This document shows, piece after piece, positions 38,537 to 47,366 of a stretch of DNA of 53,301 nucleotides; within the stretch, counting starts at the first letter, position 1; each line of letters opens with the position of its first letter. Origin of the DNA: a virus (Duplodnaviria > Caudoviricetes). The stretch lies in IMG/VR virus record IMGVR_UViG_3300043219_000190, positions 1 through 53,301 of that record; one strand, 5' to 3'. A program made the translations under genes and the position numbers. Below the pieces are notes generated by a model. That model ran no database searches and was not told the origin of the DNA. It saw nothing but the letters and a program-made list of their open reading frames with translations.

Positions 38537-38752
38537 CTATTTATCCCCTCTTTTAATTAATAATTTAACATCCGCTTTAATTACCCCAATCATGCAACCA
38601 CCACCAGCTCTACGCCCTTTACAGTCCTTTTTTGTGCATTCGTCACAAACTGTATAAGTTTTTCCGTTCTGATCGATGAAAGAACCGATATCCTGTGTTT
38701 TTAAGTTAGCTCTGTACTTTTGGTACTCTTGTAGTATTTTGTCTTGTTTCAT
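38537..38752 (-). CDS. Small Cys-rich protein
   Basis: CDEC....C.......C. Confidence 0.55.
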   Translation of the reverse strand: MKQDKILQEYQKYRANLKTQDIGSFIDQNGKTYTVCDECTKKDCKGRRAGGGCMIGVIKADVKLLIKRGDK

Positions 38753-38755
38753 TGT

Positions 38756-39172
38756 CTACTCCTCTTCCTCTTCTGTAAAATCCGCAAAATCAACATTCCA
38801 TTTGCTAATTTTCCCATCTTCTTCTATATCCATAATTATATAATCACCATATCCTGATTCTTTAGGACACATCATTTTAGGAACATAACCATCTATTTTA
38901 ACAATCTCTGTAAAATGGAGATCTAGCAAAGAATAAATACCAGCATCACAAATCTTAAAATGAATACTTGCCTTATTGCCCTTATCCCAATTAATAATAA
39001 TTCCACTATCAACATCAATAACAGGTTCCCATTGATCACCATTTTGACAGGGGAAATTATCACAATTTTCTAAAACTTCTTTACCGTTTAATTCTGCATT
39101 ATTCCAATACCGAACTTCTACTGATGCTTTTAAAAATTTAACATCAAACTCTTTTGTAATTTTCAATTCTAT
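38756..39172 (-). CDS. Conserved phage protein
   Basis: VRYW, W.P.IDVD.G.I.NW, HFKICD.G.Y, GYGDYI motifs; start approximate. Confidence 0.6.
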   Translation of the reverse strand: MELKITKEFDVKFLKASVEVRYWNNAELNGKEVLENCDNFPCQNGDQWEPVIDVDSGIIINWDKGNKASIHFKICDAGIYSLLDLHFTEIVKIDGYVPKMMCPKESGYGDYIIMDIEEDGKISKWNVDFADFTEEEEE

Positions 39173-39182
39173 TTTCACTTCA

Positions 39183-40604
39183 TTATTCCTCCACATTCTT
39201 AGTCATAGTCAATCGTGCTTTACCTTCAGTCTCTTCTACAATTCCGTTTTCATAAAAGAAATTATACATTTCTGGTCTGTTTTTTTGGATTGTTTTGATA
39301 TGAGAATCTTTTGATAATAATTTAGATAACTTTAATGATTTAAGAAATTTAATACTATCTTTGTCAACCTCCATTATTAGTGCATCAATTAAATCACTAT
39401 TTACATCAACTTTTTCAATTTGTTTTTCTGTTAATAAAAGATCCCCCATAATATCCAGAAACGACGTTTTTTTCATTTCTTCATATAATTTCGGGCTATT
39501 ATCTTTTGCGGTATCGACCATTTTAGCACTGATTTTTGTTGATTTTCTTGGTCGGGAGATTGACGCTAATTTTCTTGCACCAGCATAAATGTTTAGTTTA
39601 TGATCTTCATTACCCTCTTTTACATTTTTCTTGGAATACTCGATTTGAATTAAACCAGCAAAACTATTTTTAATTTCGTAAATACGATCCTGCATTGATT
39701 TAATTTCATTTTCGGTTGAACACTTTTCGTCCCATAATCCAATCATTGCAATATGACGCTCTTTAGTAAATAATTCCTCTTCCGTGCAACCTTCATTTTT
39801 AGCGATCGGGCTACCATCTAACTGAATTTCACCTTCTGGAGATGCGAATAACCATTTAATATCATCATAACCGTTAATTGGTGGTGCTATTGATTTAAGA
39901 ATGTTTTCATTCCAGAAATAAACACATTGTTTTACTATTTCATTTTGGAGTTCTAAGTCTGCTTTTATGTAGAATTCATTGTAGTAGCCTAAATCTTTTA
40001 ACATTTTTGCAAAAACGAAAAGGTCGCCTCGTTCACCGTCAGGATATAATATAGATTCAAATTCCAGATCTACCCGATACCCCATTTTTTCCCACTCAGC
40101 TGGTGGTTTAGGAAATACAAGTGCGTTTAAATCTGTTTTGAATGTGTTAGATAATAACATTTGGACTTGAATTTGAATCATATAGCCTTTATCTATCATA
40201 TCAGATCCAGCGTCACCCCAACCCATTTTAAAAGCCATATCGAAAATAGTTTTGTTTTCTTGGTTTATAGTTTCACTGTTTACAATTGTTTGACCATCAA
40301 TATGGCAAGTAATAAATGGATAATCTGGATGAACAAAGGCTTTTTCTCTGTTTATCACATTTCCTTTTAAATCACAGATAGAATTTTCAAAAGATAAACC
40401 AAATCTTAATGATGCATGTTTTGAGTCTAATGGTTCCAAAAAAGGGTCAATTCTAACTGGTGTTGTATAGCCATTTTTTGCACAAAACCCAGGTTCTAGC
40501 TCTTCTTTAATTTCTAGCCATGCACGTAATGGTGATTTATATTTATTACAACCTAATATTGCAGAAATACGACTAGCACTTAAATTACTTGGTGTTGATC
40601 CCAT
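39183..40604 (-). CDS. YqaJ/lambda-exonuclease-like recombinase with long C-terminal extension
   Basis: SAS.ISAILG.NKYKSP, G..FE, HIDG, ENKT, Y.IQIQ.QM. Confidence 0.88.
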   Translation of the reverse strand: MGSTPSNLSASRISAILGCNKYKSPLRAWLEIKEELEPGFCAKNGYTTPVRIDPFLEPLDSKHASLRFGLSFENSICDLKGNVINREKAFVHPDYPFITCHIDGQTIVNSETINQENKTIFDMAFKMGWGDAGSDMIDKGYMIQIQVQMLLSNTFKTDLNALVFPKPPAEWEKMGYRVDLEFESILYPDGERGDLFVFAKMLKDLGYYNEFYIKADLELQNEIVKQCVYFWNENILKSIAPPINGYDDIKWLFASPEGEIQLDGSPIAKNEGCTEEELFTKERHIAMIGLWDEKCSTENEIKSMQDRIYEIKNSFAGLIQIEYSKKNVKEGNEDHKLNIYAGARKLASISRPRKSTKISAKMVDTAKDNSPKLYEEMKKTSFLDIMGDLLLTEKQIEKVDVNSDLIDALIMEVDKDSIKFLKSLKLSKLLSKDSHIKTIQKNRPEMYNFFYENGIVEETEGKARLTMTKNVEE

Positions 40605-40651
40605 TATTCACCGCCCTTTTTAAATTCTTCTTTATACGTTTTATCCAACAT

Positions 40652-40936
40652 CTACCCCTCCCCCCGATTAAAAGCACTTTCAAGCAATGCTCTTTTTTTT
40701 GCTAATTTAGACAATCTTTCAGTATCTAAAATTTTAGTATTATCAATAAGTAAATCCATTTCAAAGAGTAAATCTTTCCAAATCTGTTTCATCTCTCTAT
40801 TATTATCAACATACTCTTTTAAGATGATACCGACTTGATCGCCGACCGCCCGTCTGTTGTGGGGTAATTTAGCAATGTTCTTTAATTTACCCCAAATTGT
40901 TTCGTCTATTGTTATGTATTTTTTTATTAATGCCAT
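40652..40936 (-). CDS. Arc-like ribbon-helix-helix protein
   Basis: KYITIDETIWGKLK..A....R....QV..IL.EYV. Confidence 0.6.
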   Translation of the reverse strand: MALIKKYITIDETIWGKLKNIAKLPHNRRAVGDQVGIILKEYVDNNREMKQIWKDLLFEMDLLIDNTKILDTERLSKLAKKRALLESAFNRGEG

Positions 40937-41113
40937 ATTATAGAACCTCCTTTAATATCTTTTTAGCTTCAACAACATCATTCTCCATGGTCGAACTCAT
41001 ATCACTACAATATTTATACATAGGACAGCCTGGGCAACTATCTACAGCACTACAATTATTTAATGCTACTAATTCTTCTATGTGTTTTTTATATTTTTTA
41101 TCCACTTTTCCCC

Positions 41114-41365
41114 CTAAAACCTAATCGCTTGCAACTTATGTTGCTTTTCAATTAATTCTTTTAACCATTCGTCCCGTAGTTCTGATGCTTTTGACATTAG
41201 TTCTATTTTTGAACAAGAGACGTAATAATTTTGGTTGTATTGTATAACCTCATTTTTTAAATCATGTCGTTCTATAAATTCCATCATTATAGAATCTTTA
41301 CTAATAGTAATGATTTGTAACTTGCTTTCTTCTTTATTAAAATATAATCCGTGTTTTTCTGGCAT
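41114..41365 (-). CDS. Hypothetical protein
   Basis: GGAGGG SD after promoter. Confidence 0.6.
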   Translation of the reverse strand: MPEKHGLYFNKEESKLQIITISKDSIMMEFIERHDLKNEVIQYNQNYYVSCSKIELMSKASELRDEWLKELIEKQHKLQAIRF

Positions 41366-41386
41366 AATGCCCTCCCTGTGTAACTA

Positions 41387-41415
41387 ATAATAAATTATTA
41401 ACAGGATAATGTCAA
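41387..41415 (-). promoter_or_regulatory. Consensus promoter restarting the early operon
   Basis: TTGACA, 17 bp, TATTAT. Confidence 0.75.
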
Positions 41416-41440
41416 GATATTGAGATTTTAAATGAGAGTA

Positions 41441-42223
41441 TTATAGTTTTTTGAATGCCTGAGTTAAGGATTTATCAAGTTCTTTACCGTAGATAGTGTC
41501 TATTTCGGTTTGTGTGAATGATTTGGAGGATTTGTCCATCCAGTTTGTGGGGTTTCTTTTTTTGTTTACTGAGTCTTTTTTTGCGTAGATTTTTTTTAAG
41601 TGTGGATATTGTCCACCGCTTAATGATGCACTTGAAAATTGGTACATACCTTCGTTAAATGAATTGGTTGGGTTTGGGATATTGTCGCCTTTTTTAATGT
41701 AGATTAGTTGGTTACTTTTTGGCATTGCGTAATGGCTTAGATATAATTTACGAATTGCAAAAAGTGAGTTTGAATTTGCAGATTGTGGTTTTAATACTTC
41801 AATTTTATTACGTCTAAAATTCCTTTTAATAACCTTATCTTTATTCTGGGATGGGTAGGCGTGTTTAGTTGGGATCATTCCGTTATGTTTAAAACCGTCC
41901 TCTTGTTTGACTAGAAAATCTAAATCGGTAGCACCCTTTTTAGCTGGAGCTCCCCATCTTGATTCTATTTTATTTAGGTCGTGATGTGGTTTGGAATTCT
42001 TGAATTTTAGAACTCCTTTACCTGGACCATTGCCGACCAGGTATTTATTAGATAGTGTAAATTCCTTTTTAAATTGTTGGTTTGATCTCTTCAGCCCTTT
42101 ATATGCAACTTTGTTAGCTGTTCCACTTAAAGCAAATCTGGTTGAATCTGGTAGAGCTTGATTAAAGTATTTCTCTACTTTTTTTTGGTTTTTAATTGTT
42201 GCGGTGAAGTTTTTTGTGGCCAT
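41441..42223 (-). CDS. Basic protein, probable tail completion/neck protein (gpZ-like)
   Basis: ALSGTANKVA...F.L.NKY pattern; preceded by the TGnTATAAT-6nt-ATG promoter used by structural genes. Confidence 0.5.
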   Translation of the reverse strand: MATKNFTATIKNQKKVEKYFNQALPDSTRFALSGTANKVAYKGLKRSNQQFKKEFTLSNKYLVGNGPGKGVLKFKNSKPHHDLNKIESRWGAPAKKGATDLDFLVKQEDGFKHNGMIPTKHAYPSQNKDKVIKRNFRRNKIEVLKPQSANSNSLFAIRKLYLSHYAMPKSNQLIYIKKGDNIPNPTNSFNEGMYQFSSASLSGGQYPHLKKIYAKKDSVNKKRNPTNWMDKSSKSFTQTEIDTIYGKELDKSLTQAFKKL

Positions 42224-42235
42224 GGGGGTATTATA

Positions 42236-42469
42236 TCATGTTTTCTTATGATTGTTTAATCCTACTTCAAAACAGCTTAATATTACAACTGAATCGTATC
42301 CGTTATTTCTTTTTAATTCAGCTTCGACCCACTCTACATTAATCATTGTCCTATTTATCTTGTAAGTTATAGATGTTGTCGCATCTTCGCCATTTCTTTT
42401 ATATCTGTATCCTATATAAAATTTACGTTTACGTTGTAATTTTAATTTATTTTTTCTTTTATATTTCAT
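42236..42469 (-). CDS. Hypothetical protein
   Basis: ORF, basic N-terminus. Confidence 0.5.
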   Translation of the reverse strand: MKYKRKNKLKLQRKRKFYIGYRYKRNGEDATTSITYKINRTMINVEWVEAELKRNNGYDSVVILSCFEVGLNNHKKT

Positions 42470-42471
42470 AT

Positions 42472-43014
42472 TCATCCCTTACCTCTCTCAACAGTATTAT
42501 AAACCCTAGCAAAATGATTAATACTAACCTTACTAGCACCATACAACATATGTTGCAGATCCTTCATTTTATCAACTACCCCATTATCTTCTTTAAAATA
42601 GTCAATTATTGATTTCCCAAACTCACATGATTTATTTTGAACATTTAATAATTTTGAACTATTTACAATAACTAAAATCCCCTCTTTAACCGCTTCTGAT
42701 TCAGCATATGCAAGAATACTTTTAAAACTGCCAGTGTGTGGTTTCTCTCGCCGTCCATGTTTAACATAATCAATGTGGTGTGCTAATTCATGTATTGCAA
42801 CTTTCATTAACTCATTGTTAGTTTTAAAATGTGCGGTGTATAAAGTAATTTCCCCAGATATTAAAGTATAAATCCCTAGTGTGCGTTTTGGGTGCTGGTC
42901 GCTAAATATCACAGTGTATGGGGATTTATTGTATATCTTTTGTAGGTGGGTTAGTACTTCGTTTTGTGAGAGTGTTATATTTGTTTCGACTATTTGGATG
43001 TTATCGATTAGCAT
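42472..43014 (-). CDS. SprT-like zinc metalloprotease
   Basis: IHELAHH and H...F motifs. Confidence 0.75.
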   Translation of the reverse strand: MLIDNIQIVETNITLSQNEVLTHLQKIYNKSPYTVIFSDQHPKRTLGIYTLISGEITLYTAHFKTNNELMKVAIHELAHHIDYVKHGRREKPHTGSFKSILAYAESEAVKEGILVIVNSSKLLNVQNKSCEFGKSIIDYFKEDNGVVDKMKDLQHMLYGASKVSINHFARVYNTVERGKG

Positions 43015-43444
43015 TATGATTTGTCTCCATTATCTAAATAATAACAAATTCTAGGTAATATTATTCCTATAAAAAATAAAACTAAAAAACATATTAATGG
43101 CAACACTATCTCACCCTTTCCTTTTACTAAACAATATCAATACACAAAATGCAAATCTAGTTTTAAAATCTGATTTTTTGAGCTCCAAAACAATATGCTC
43201 CATAACAATCTCTTTATGTTCTGCAATTGTTTTTCTAATTTCTTTTCTTATCTTTTTAGATGTTGATCCTGACATAGTTATTTATCTCTCCATTTATATA
43301 AATTTAAAACTGCATTATTTGATTTATTTAAATAATTTTTACTCCAATTCCATTTAAAAATAATGTCTATCAATAATACTAATAGACATGGCATAAATAT
43401 TAATATTTCTAAAGACCAACATAAAAGTGTTTTTAATATCTTTT

Positions 43445-43690
43445 TCATAATATCCCCTTCATCCTCAATTCGCTTAATCCAACATGCTCTACAATTTCGC
43501 CACCATACATTTTTTTTAGTTTAAATATATATGGGTCTATCTCTTTATATTCTAATATTTCGCACTCAGTTTTATTATATGTTACATATTTATTCTCTAA
43601 ATCGGATAGTTCCTGTACTGTAACAAGTTCCGTATCTGTATCTAGTTTGCATTTTTTGTTTAATAGGTCTGAGTGGAAATAGGTTACCAT
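43445..43690 (-). CDS. Hypothetical protein
   Basis: ORF only. Confidence 0.5.
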   Translation of the reverse strand: MVTYFHSDLLNKKCKLDTDTELVTVQELSDLENKYVTYNKTECEILEYKEIDPYIFKLKKMYGGEIVEHVGLSELRMKGIL

Positions 43691-43885
43691 ATAATAACCA
43701 TATTTTTACTGACTGATTCATTTAATAAAACACCTAAAGGAGATTTAAACCATATTCTATATTGAGTAGTATTTATTGATTTAATGTCCTCTACTTCTCC
43801 AGTAAAAATTATATTGTTAAATGTGTCTTTAATGGTTATATTTATCATAATAAAAAGAGGGCTATTTCTAACCCCCTCGCTCCTT

Positions 43886-44620
43886 TTAACTGATTATTGG
43901 TATTTCTACTTCAATGTTTGAATCTAGATAACCAGCTATTATTTTTCTGGCATCTCTAACCCATGACCCACCGTCTGCTTCATGTAGTGTACAAGTTGCA
44001 CCACCTTCACCTGTAGCCATTCTGAATAAGAATTCGCTTTGTGGTTGCTCTAGCTCTTGGAATGTTCTAAAAGGTTTAAGTTTTACTTTTGATGGGATTG
44101 ATGCACGTTCTCCAGCAACTCCAGATGTTCCTGTTAATATTCTAACATTTTGACCAATTCCATCATCTTCAGTAATAACTTTATTTTCAGTATCAATTTT
44201 AGCAGTATAACGAATTATACTTGCTAAGTCGGTTGTATCTTGGAATAGAGAGTTACATTTAATAATAAATGCCTCTTGTCCAAGTTGTCTACCAAATGGA
44301 AATTCATTAACATCGTCTAATGTTGCAATCAATACAGTGTGTCGCTCGTTAGTTTCACCCTGGATTTTAGTTAACAATTTAACTGTTCTGTAATCTACAA
44401 CATGAATTATTAAATCTGCAATCTCGTATTTGTCTGGATTAGATTTAATATAATCAACTAAACCATCAAGGGATTTAATATTAATTGAACTTGGTCTTGG
44501 ATCGGAATAGACTCTTTTTAAGTTCTCAAAAGAATATTCTTTACCAGCACCATCTGTTATAATACCTGTATTTTTCTTAACTAATGTTTCTATTTTTTCA
44601 ATAAAATCTGAATCTATCAT
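43886..44620 (-). CDS. Conserved phage protein
   Basis: SLDGLVDYI, DDGIGQ, LKPFRTF.E.EQP.S.F.FRM, EADGG.W motifs; typically paired with upstream gene. Confidence 0.75.
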   Translation of the reverse strand: MIDSDFIEKIETLVKKNTGIITDGAGKEYSFENLKRVYSDPRPSSINIKSLDGLVDYIKSNPDKYEIADLIIHVVDYRTVKLLTKIQGETNERHTVLIATLDDVNEFPFGRQLGQEAFIIKCNSLFQDTTDLASIIRYTAKIDTENKVITEDDGIGQNVRILTGTSGVAGERASIPSKVKLKPFRTFQELEQPQSEFLFRMATGEGGATCTLHEADGGSWVRDARKIIAGYLDSNIEVEIPIIS

Positions 44621-44973
44621 TATTGACCTCCCGCAGTTTTAAATTCTGTTACATTGTCTAAATCTGGTTGGATCTCTTCATGTCTAGAAAAAGCTTGAAC
44701 ATTTTTACCATCCCAATCTAAACTAATCATTGACTCATTAGGTTTTGGTGGTGCTGTGTTAAGGTTAACTTCAACAGAACTAGTTGCTGATTCTCTACTC
44801 TCGGAAGTTAATTTAACCTTTAACTTAATAACAATAGATCTTTCTTTTTTCCAGCTGCAATTTTCATCTGCTAAATTGTTTAATAATTTTTGGTACTCAA
44901 TTTCGAACAATTCTGTAATTGCGCCTTTGTTTATGTCCTCAATAGACATACTCTTTTTGTAACTTTCTGACAT
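44620..44973 (-). CDS. Conserved phage protein (often annotated replication-terminator-like)
   Basis: GAI.ELFE.E..K...N..DEN.....R pattern. Confidence 0.65.
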   Translation of the reverse strand: MSESYKKSMSIEDINKGAITELFEIEYQKLLNNLADENCSWKKERSIVIKLKVKLTSESRESATSSVEVNLNTAPPKPNESMISLDWDGKNVQAFSRHEEIQPDLDNVTEFKTAGGQ

Positions 44974-45015
44974 TTAATGCCCTCCATATAATTTTAATAT
45001 TGTGTTATGTGTTGG

Positions 45016-45417
45016 TTAAAATGGTATATTTGGATCTTCATAATTATTATTACCAGCAGGTGCATTACTAGCTGGAGTATTATTACCACTTACTCTGGTC
45101 TGTCCCTCATGTGGAAAACCTTCAACAATAAATAAAACTCTACTTCTATTATTGCCGTCCTGTTCCCATGTTTGTTGTTTTACTCTGGCTTCAATTGCGA
45201 TTGATTTACCTTTTACCAATCTGTTTAACCACTCAGTAGGTTTTTTAGTCCAATACTCACAATCAAACCATGATGTGATATTTTCCCACTCTTCACCAAC
45301 TTTCCGTGATTCCTCATTATTAGCGATACTGAATTTTAAACAACTGTATTCGCTACCGTCTGGACTAAAAACTTCTGGATCTTTTCCAATGTTTCCTGTT
45401 AAAAATGCTTTTCTCAT
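45016..45417 (-). CDS. ssb: Single-stranded DNA-binding protein
   Basis: LTGNIGKDPE, FSIA, WF.C..W, C-terminal IPF. Confidence 0.95.
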   Translation of the reverse strand: MRKAFLTGNIGKDPEVFSPDGSEYSCLKFSIANNEESRKVGEEWENITSWFDCEYWTKKPTEWLNRLVKGKSIAIEARVKQQTWEQDGNNRSRVLFIVEGFPHEGQTRVSGNNTPASNAPAGNNNYEDPNIPF

Positions 45418-45419
45418 AA

Positions 45420-45791
45420 TTATTTTTGCTCCTTTTTACTAAACTGTTTGTATGAAAATGCTCTAATCCTATTGTTTAATATAAATTTTTCCATCCTTAA
45501 TTTATCTTTTAAAAATGCATCGGCTACTTCTTTCGTTAATTTAAGTTCCTCTGTTAAATCGTCAACTGCAATAAATTCTATCTTTGATTCTGGAGTATAT
45601 CTACGAGAGAATGACGGTAAATATATAATCTCTTTATAGTAAACATTCTTGCCCATTTCTTCTTCTAATTTTTTGCTTAACTTTAAAGCATCGTTCCTGT
45701 ATTCATCTACAAGATTTTCTAATTCCGTAATCCTTGAACTTGATTCTTTTAAAACAGCTTCTTCGAAAATTTGATTAAATTTATTATCCAT
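45420..45791 (-). CDS. Coiled-coil hypothetical protein
   Basis: GGAGGG SD before MDNKF. Confidence 0.55.
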   Translation of the reverse strand: MDNKFNQIFEEAVLKESSSRITELENLVDEYRNDALKLSKKLEEEMGKNVYYKEIIYLPSFSRRYTPESKIEFIAVDDLTEELKLTKEVADAFLKDKLRMEKFILNNRIRAFSYKQFSKKEQK

Positions 45792-46068
45792 CAATTGTTC
45801 CCTCCTTCTCAATTTCCCTGTCACATGCCATAATTCCCATATGTGCGTAATTAGCAACATCTGCAAATTCTCTTCTTAATGCTTTGTGGTCGATTACTTT
45901 TTTATTGTATTCTTCACAAACTTCATCTTTTTCTTCTAACATTCCATCCAGACATAAATATAAAGGAAGTTTATCAAATCCGTCTTTATGCTCATTCTCA
46001 TTTAGTTTTTCAATCTGTGCTGAGTTGCCGGCATGGAGTAGGTTATTTATGTTTCGTTCGTTGTTCAT
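45784..46068 (-). CDS. MazG-like all-alpha nucleotide pyrophosphohydrolase candidate
   Basis: EE..EV.E ... EFADVANY acidic motif. Confidence 0.55.
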   Translation of the reverse strand: MNNERNINNLLHAGNSAQIEKLNENEHKDGFDKLPLYLCLDGMLEEKDEVCEEYNKKVIDHKALRREFADVANYAHMGIMACDREIEKEGTIDG

Positions 46069-46316
46069 GATTTTTCCTTGTTGTGTGTAGAAAAGTGACA
46101 TTTTTGACATAATGCTTTTAATCTATCATCTGTTACATTCCAATTTTCTGGATCATGGTCTAAGTGTGCAATTGTTAAAACAACTTTTGAACCTCTTGGA
46201 TTTATAGCATAATTTTCAATACCACAAAACTCACATTTATGTTCAGCACGTTTTAAAATTCTCGGTCTAATTTCTGTTTTCCAATTTGGTGGATATTTTT
46301 TGTAATCTATCGGCAT
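46065..46316 (-). CDS. Small HNH endonuclease
   Basis: CEFCG, LTIAHLDHD..N, LCQKCH...H. Confidence 0.9.
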   Translation of the reverse strand: MPIDYKKYPPNWKTEIRPRILKRAEHKCEFCGIENYAINPRGSKVVLTIAHLDHDPENWNVTDDRLKALCQKCHFSTHNKEKS

Positions 46317-46693
46317 TAATCTATATCCCCCTCAATCCGATTTTCCAAATGTCTTAATATAGTTTCATCACTCATTAGTTTTGATCTATCGACAGGTTTG
46401 TTTGATCTTTTGCAGGCTTCATTATAGTCACATTTTGCAATTTTTTGTGATTTCTGAGATAAATTAAGGTTGGGATTTTTAACTATATCCATTACATAAG
46501 TATCATTTATGTTTGGAATTTTATATTTAGAAACTAAAGTACTAACTAAGCTGAGTTCTCTAAATGATAATTCATATTCACCTGTTTCGATATGGGTATA
46601 ATCTAATATTGACATATCCAGGTGAAAAGCCATTTCTAGGGTCGTGAATCCTAGCTCGTTTGTTCTGATTCTTGTTAGTTTTTCGCTGTTCAT
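46316..46693 (-). CDS. XRE-family HTH protein
   Basis: IR..LGFT..EMA..L.MS...Y..IE.G. Confidence 0.75.
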   Translation of the reverse strand: MNSEKLTRIRTNELGFTTLEMAFHLDMSILDYTHIETGEYELSFRELSLVSTLVSKYKIPNINDTYVMDIVKNPNLNLSQKSQKIAKCDYNEACKRSNKPVDRSKLMSDETILRHLENRIEGDID

Positions 46694-47031
46694 TTTGCTT
46701 GCTCCAAGTTTAATGATTTTATTTGTTCGTTTGATAGTTTGGTTAATGTTAATTTGTCAAAATCATACCAAGATGATAAACCGAAAAACAAAACTACTTT
46801 CTCGTTATCTATATTATCAAACTCAATAATTTTTGCGAAGAAAAACCCAAAAGATTTAGTTTCAACTTTTACCCAGTCCCCAACCTTAAATGGTTCAACC
46901 TTATACTTATTAATATAATACTGTAAATTACTAGCCTTAGTTCTCATTTCATCATTAAAACAAGGACTTTCAGATATTGCATATAAATCAGTTACAATAT
47001 TTTCAAACTCTATAATCTCTTTTTTTAACAT
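46690..47031 (-). CDS. Hypothetical protein (SH3-like C-terminus)
   Basis: AAGGAG SD; FKVGDWVKV. Confidence 0.6.
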   Translation of the reverse strand: MLKKEIIEFENIVTDLYAISESPCFNDEMRTKASNLQYYINKYKVEPFKVGDWVKVETKSFGFFFAKIIEFDNIDNEKVVLFFGLSSWYDFDKLTLTKLSNEQIKSLNLEQAK

Positions 47032-47053
47032 AATTTCGCTCCTTATCCTCTTA

Positions 47054-47083
47054 AATATACTTTAACTCTTGTCGTATGTCAAG
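47054..47083 (-). promoter_or_regulatory. Promoter with dyad operator copy 3
   Basis: CTTGACATACGACAAGA identical to 21300-21316; TTGACA, 17 bp, TATATT. Confidence 0.8.
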
Positions 47084-47366
47084 TAATGTTTATATATTCT
47101 GTTATTTTATAGCCTAGTCCTGATATTTTTTGATCGTGGTATAATTTATATACGGTTGCAGGTGCTAATTTTGTAATGACCATTATTTCCTTCATTTTAG
47201 TTTTCTCTAAAACAATTTCGTCATTTTTATATAGATTGAAAAATTCAACAATTGTTGTTGATCCTCTTCTTGTTAAGCTATTGCATGAGCCACGTTTTGC
47301 AGAGGTGGAAATCATTCCGTTTGGTCGTTTTAGATAGTCTACGTAGTTGTGATTGTATGTTTTCAT
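47079..47366 (-). CDS. Hypothetical protein with possible HTH
   Basis: MKEIMVITKLAPATVYKL. Confidence 0.5.
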   Translation of the reverse strand: MKTYNHNYVDYLKRPNGMISTSAKRGSCNSLTRRGSTTIVEFFNLYKNDEIVLEKTKMKEIMVITKLAPATVYKLYHDQKISGLGYKITEYINIT

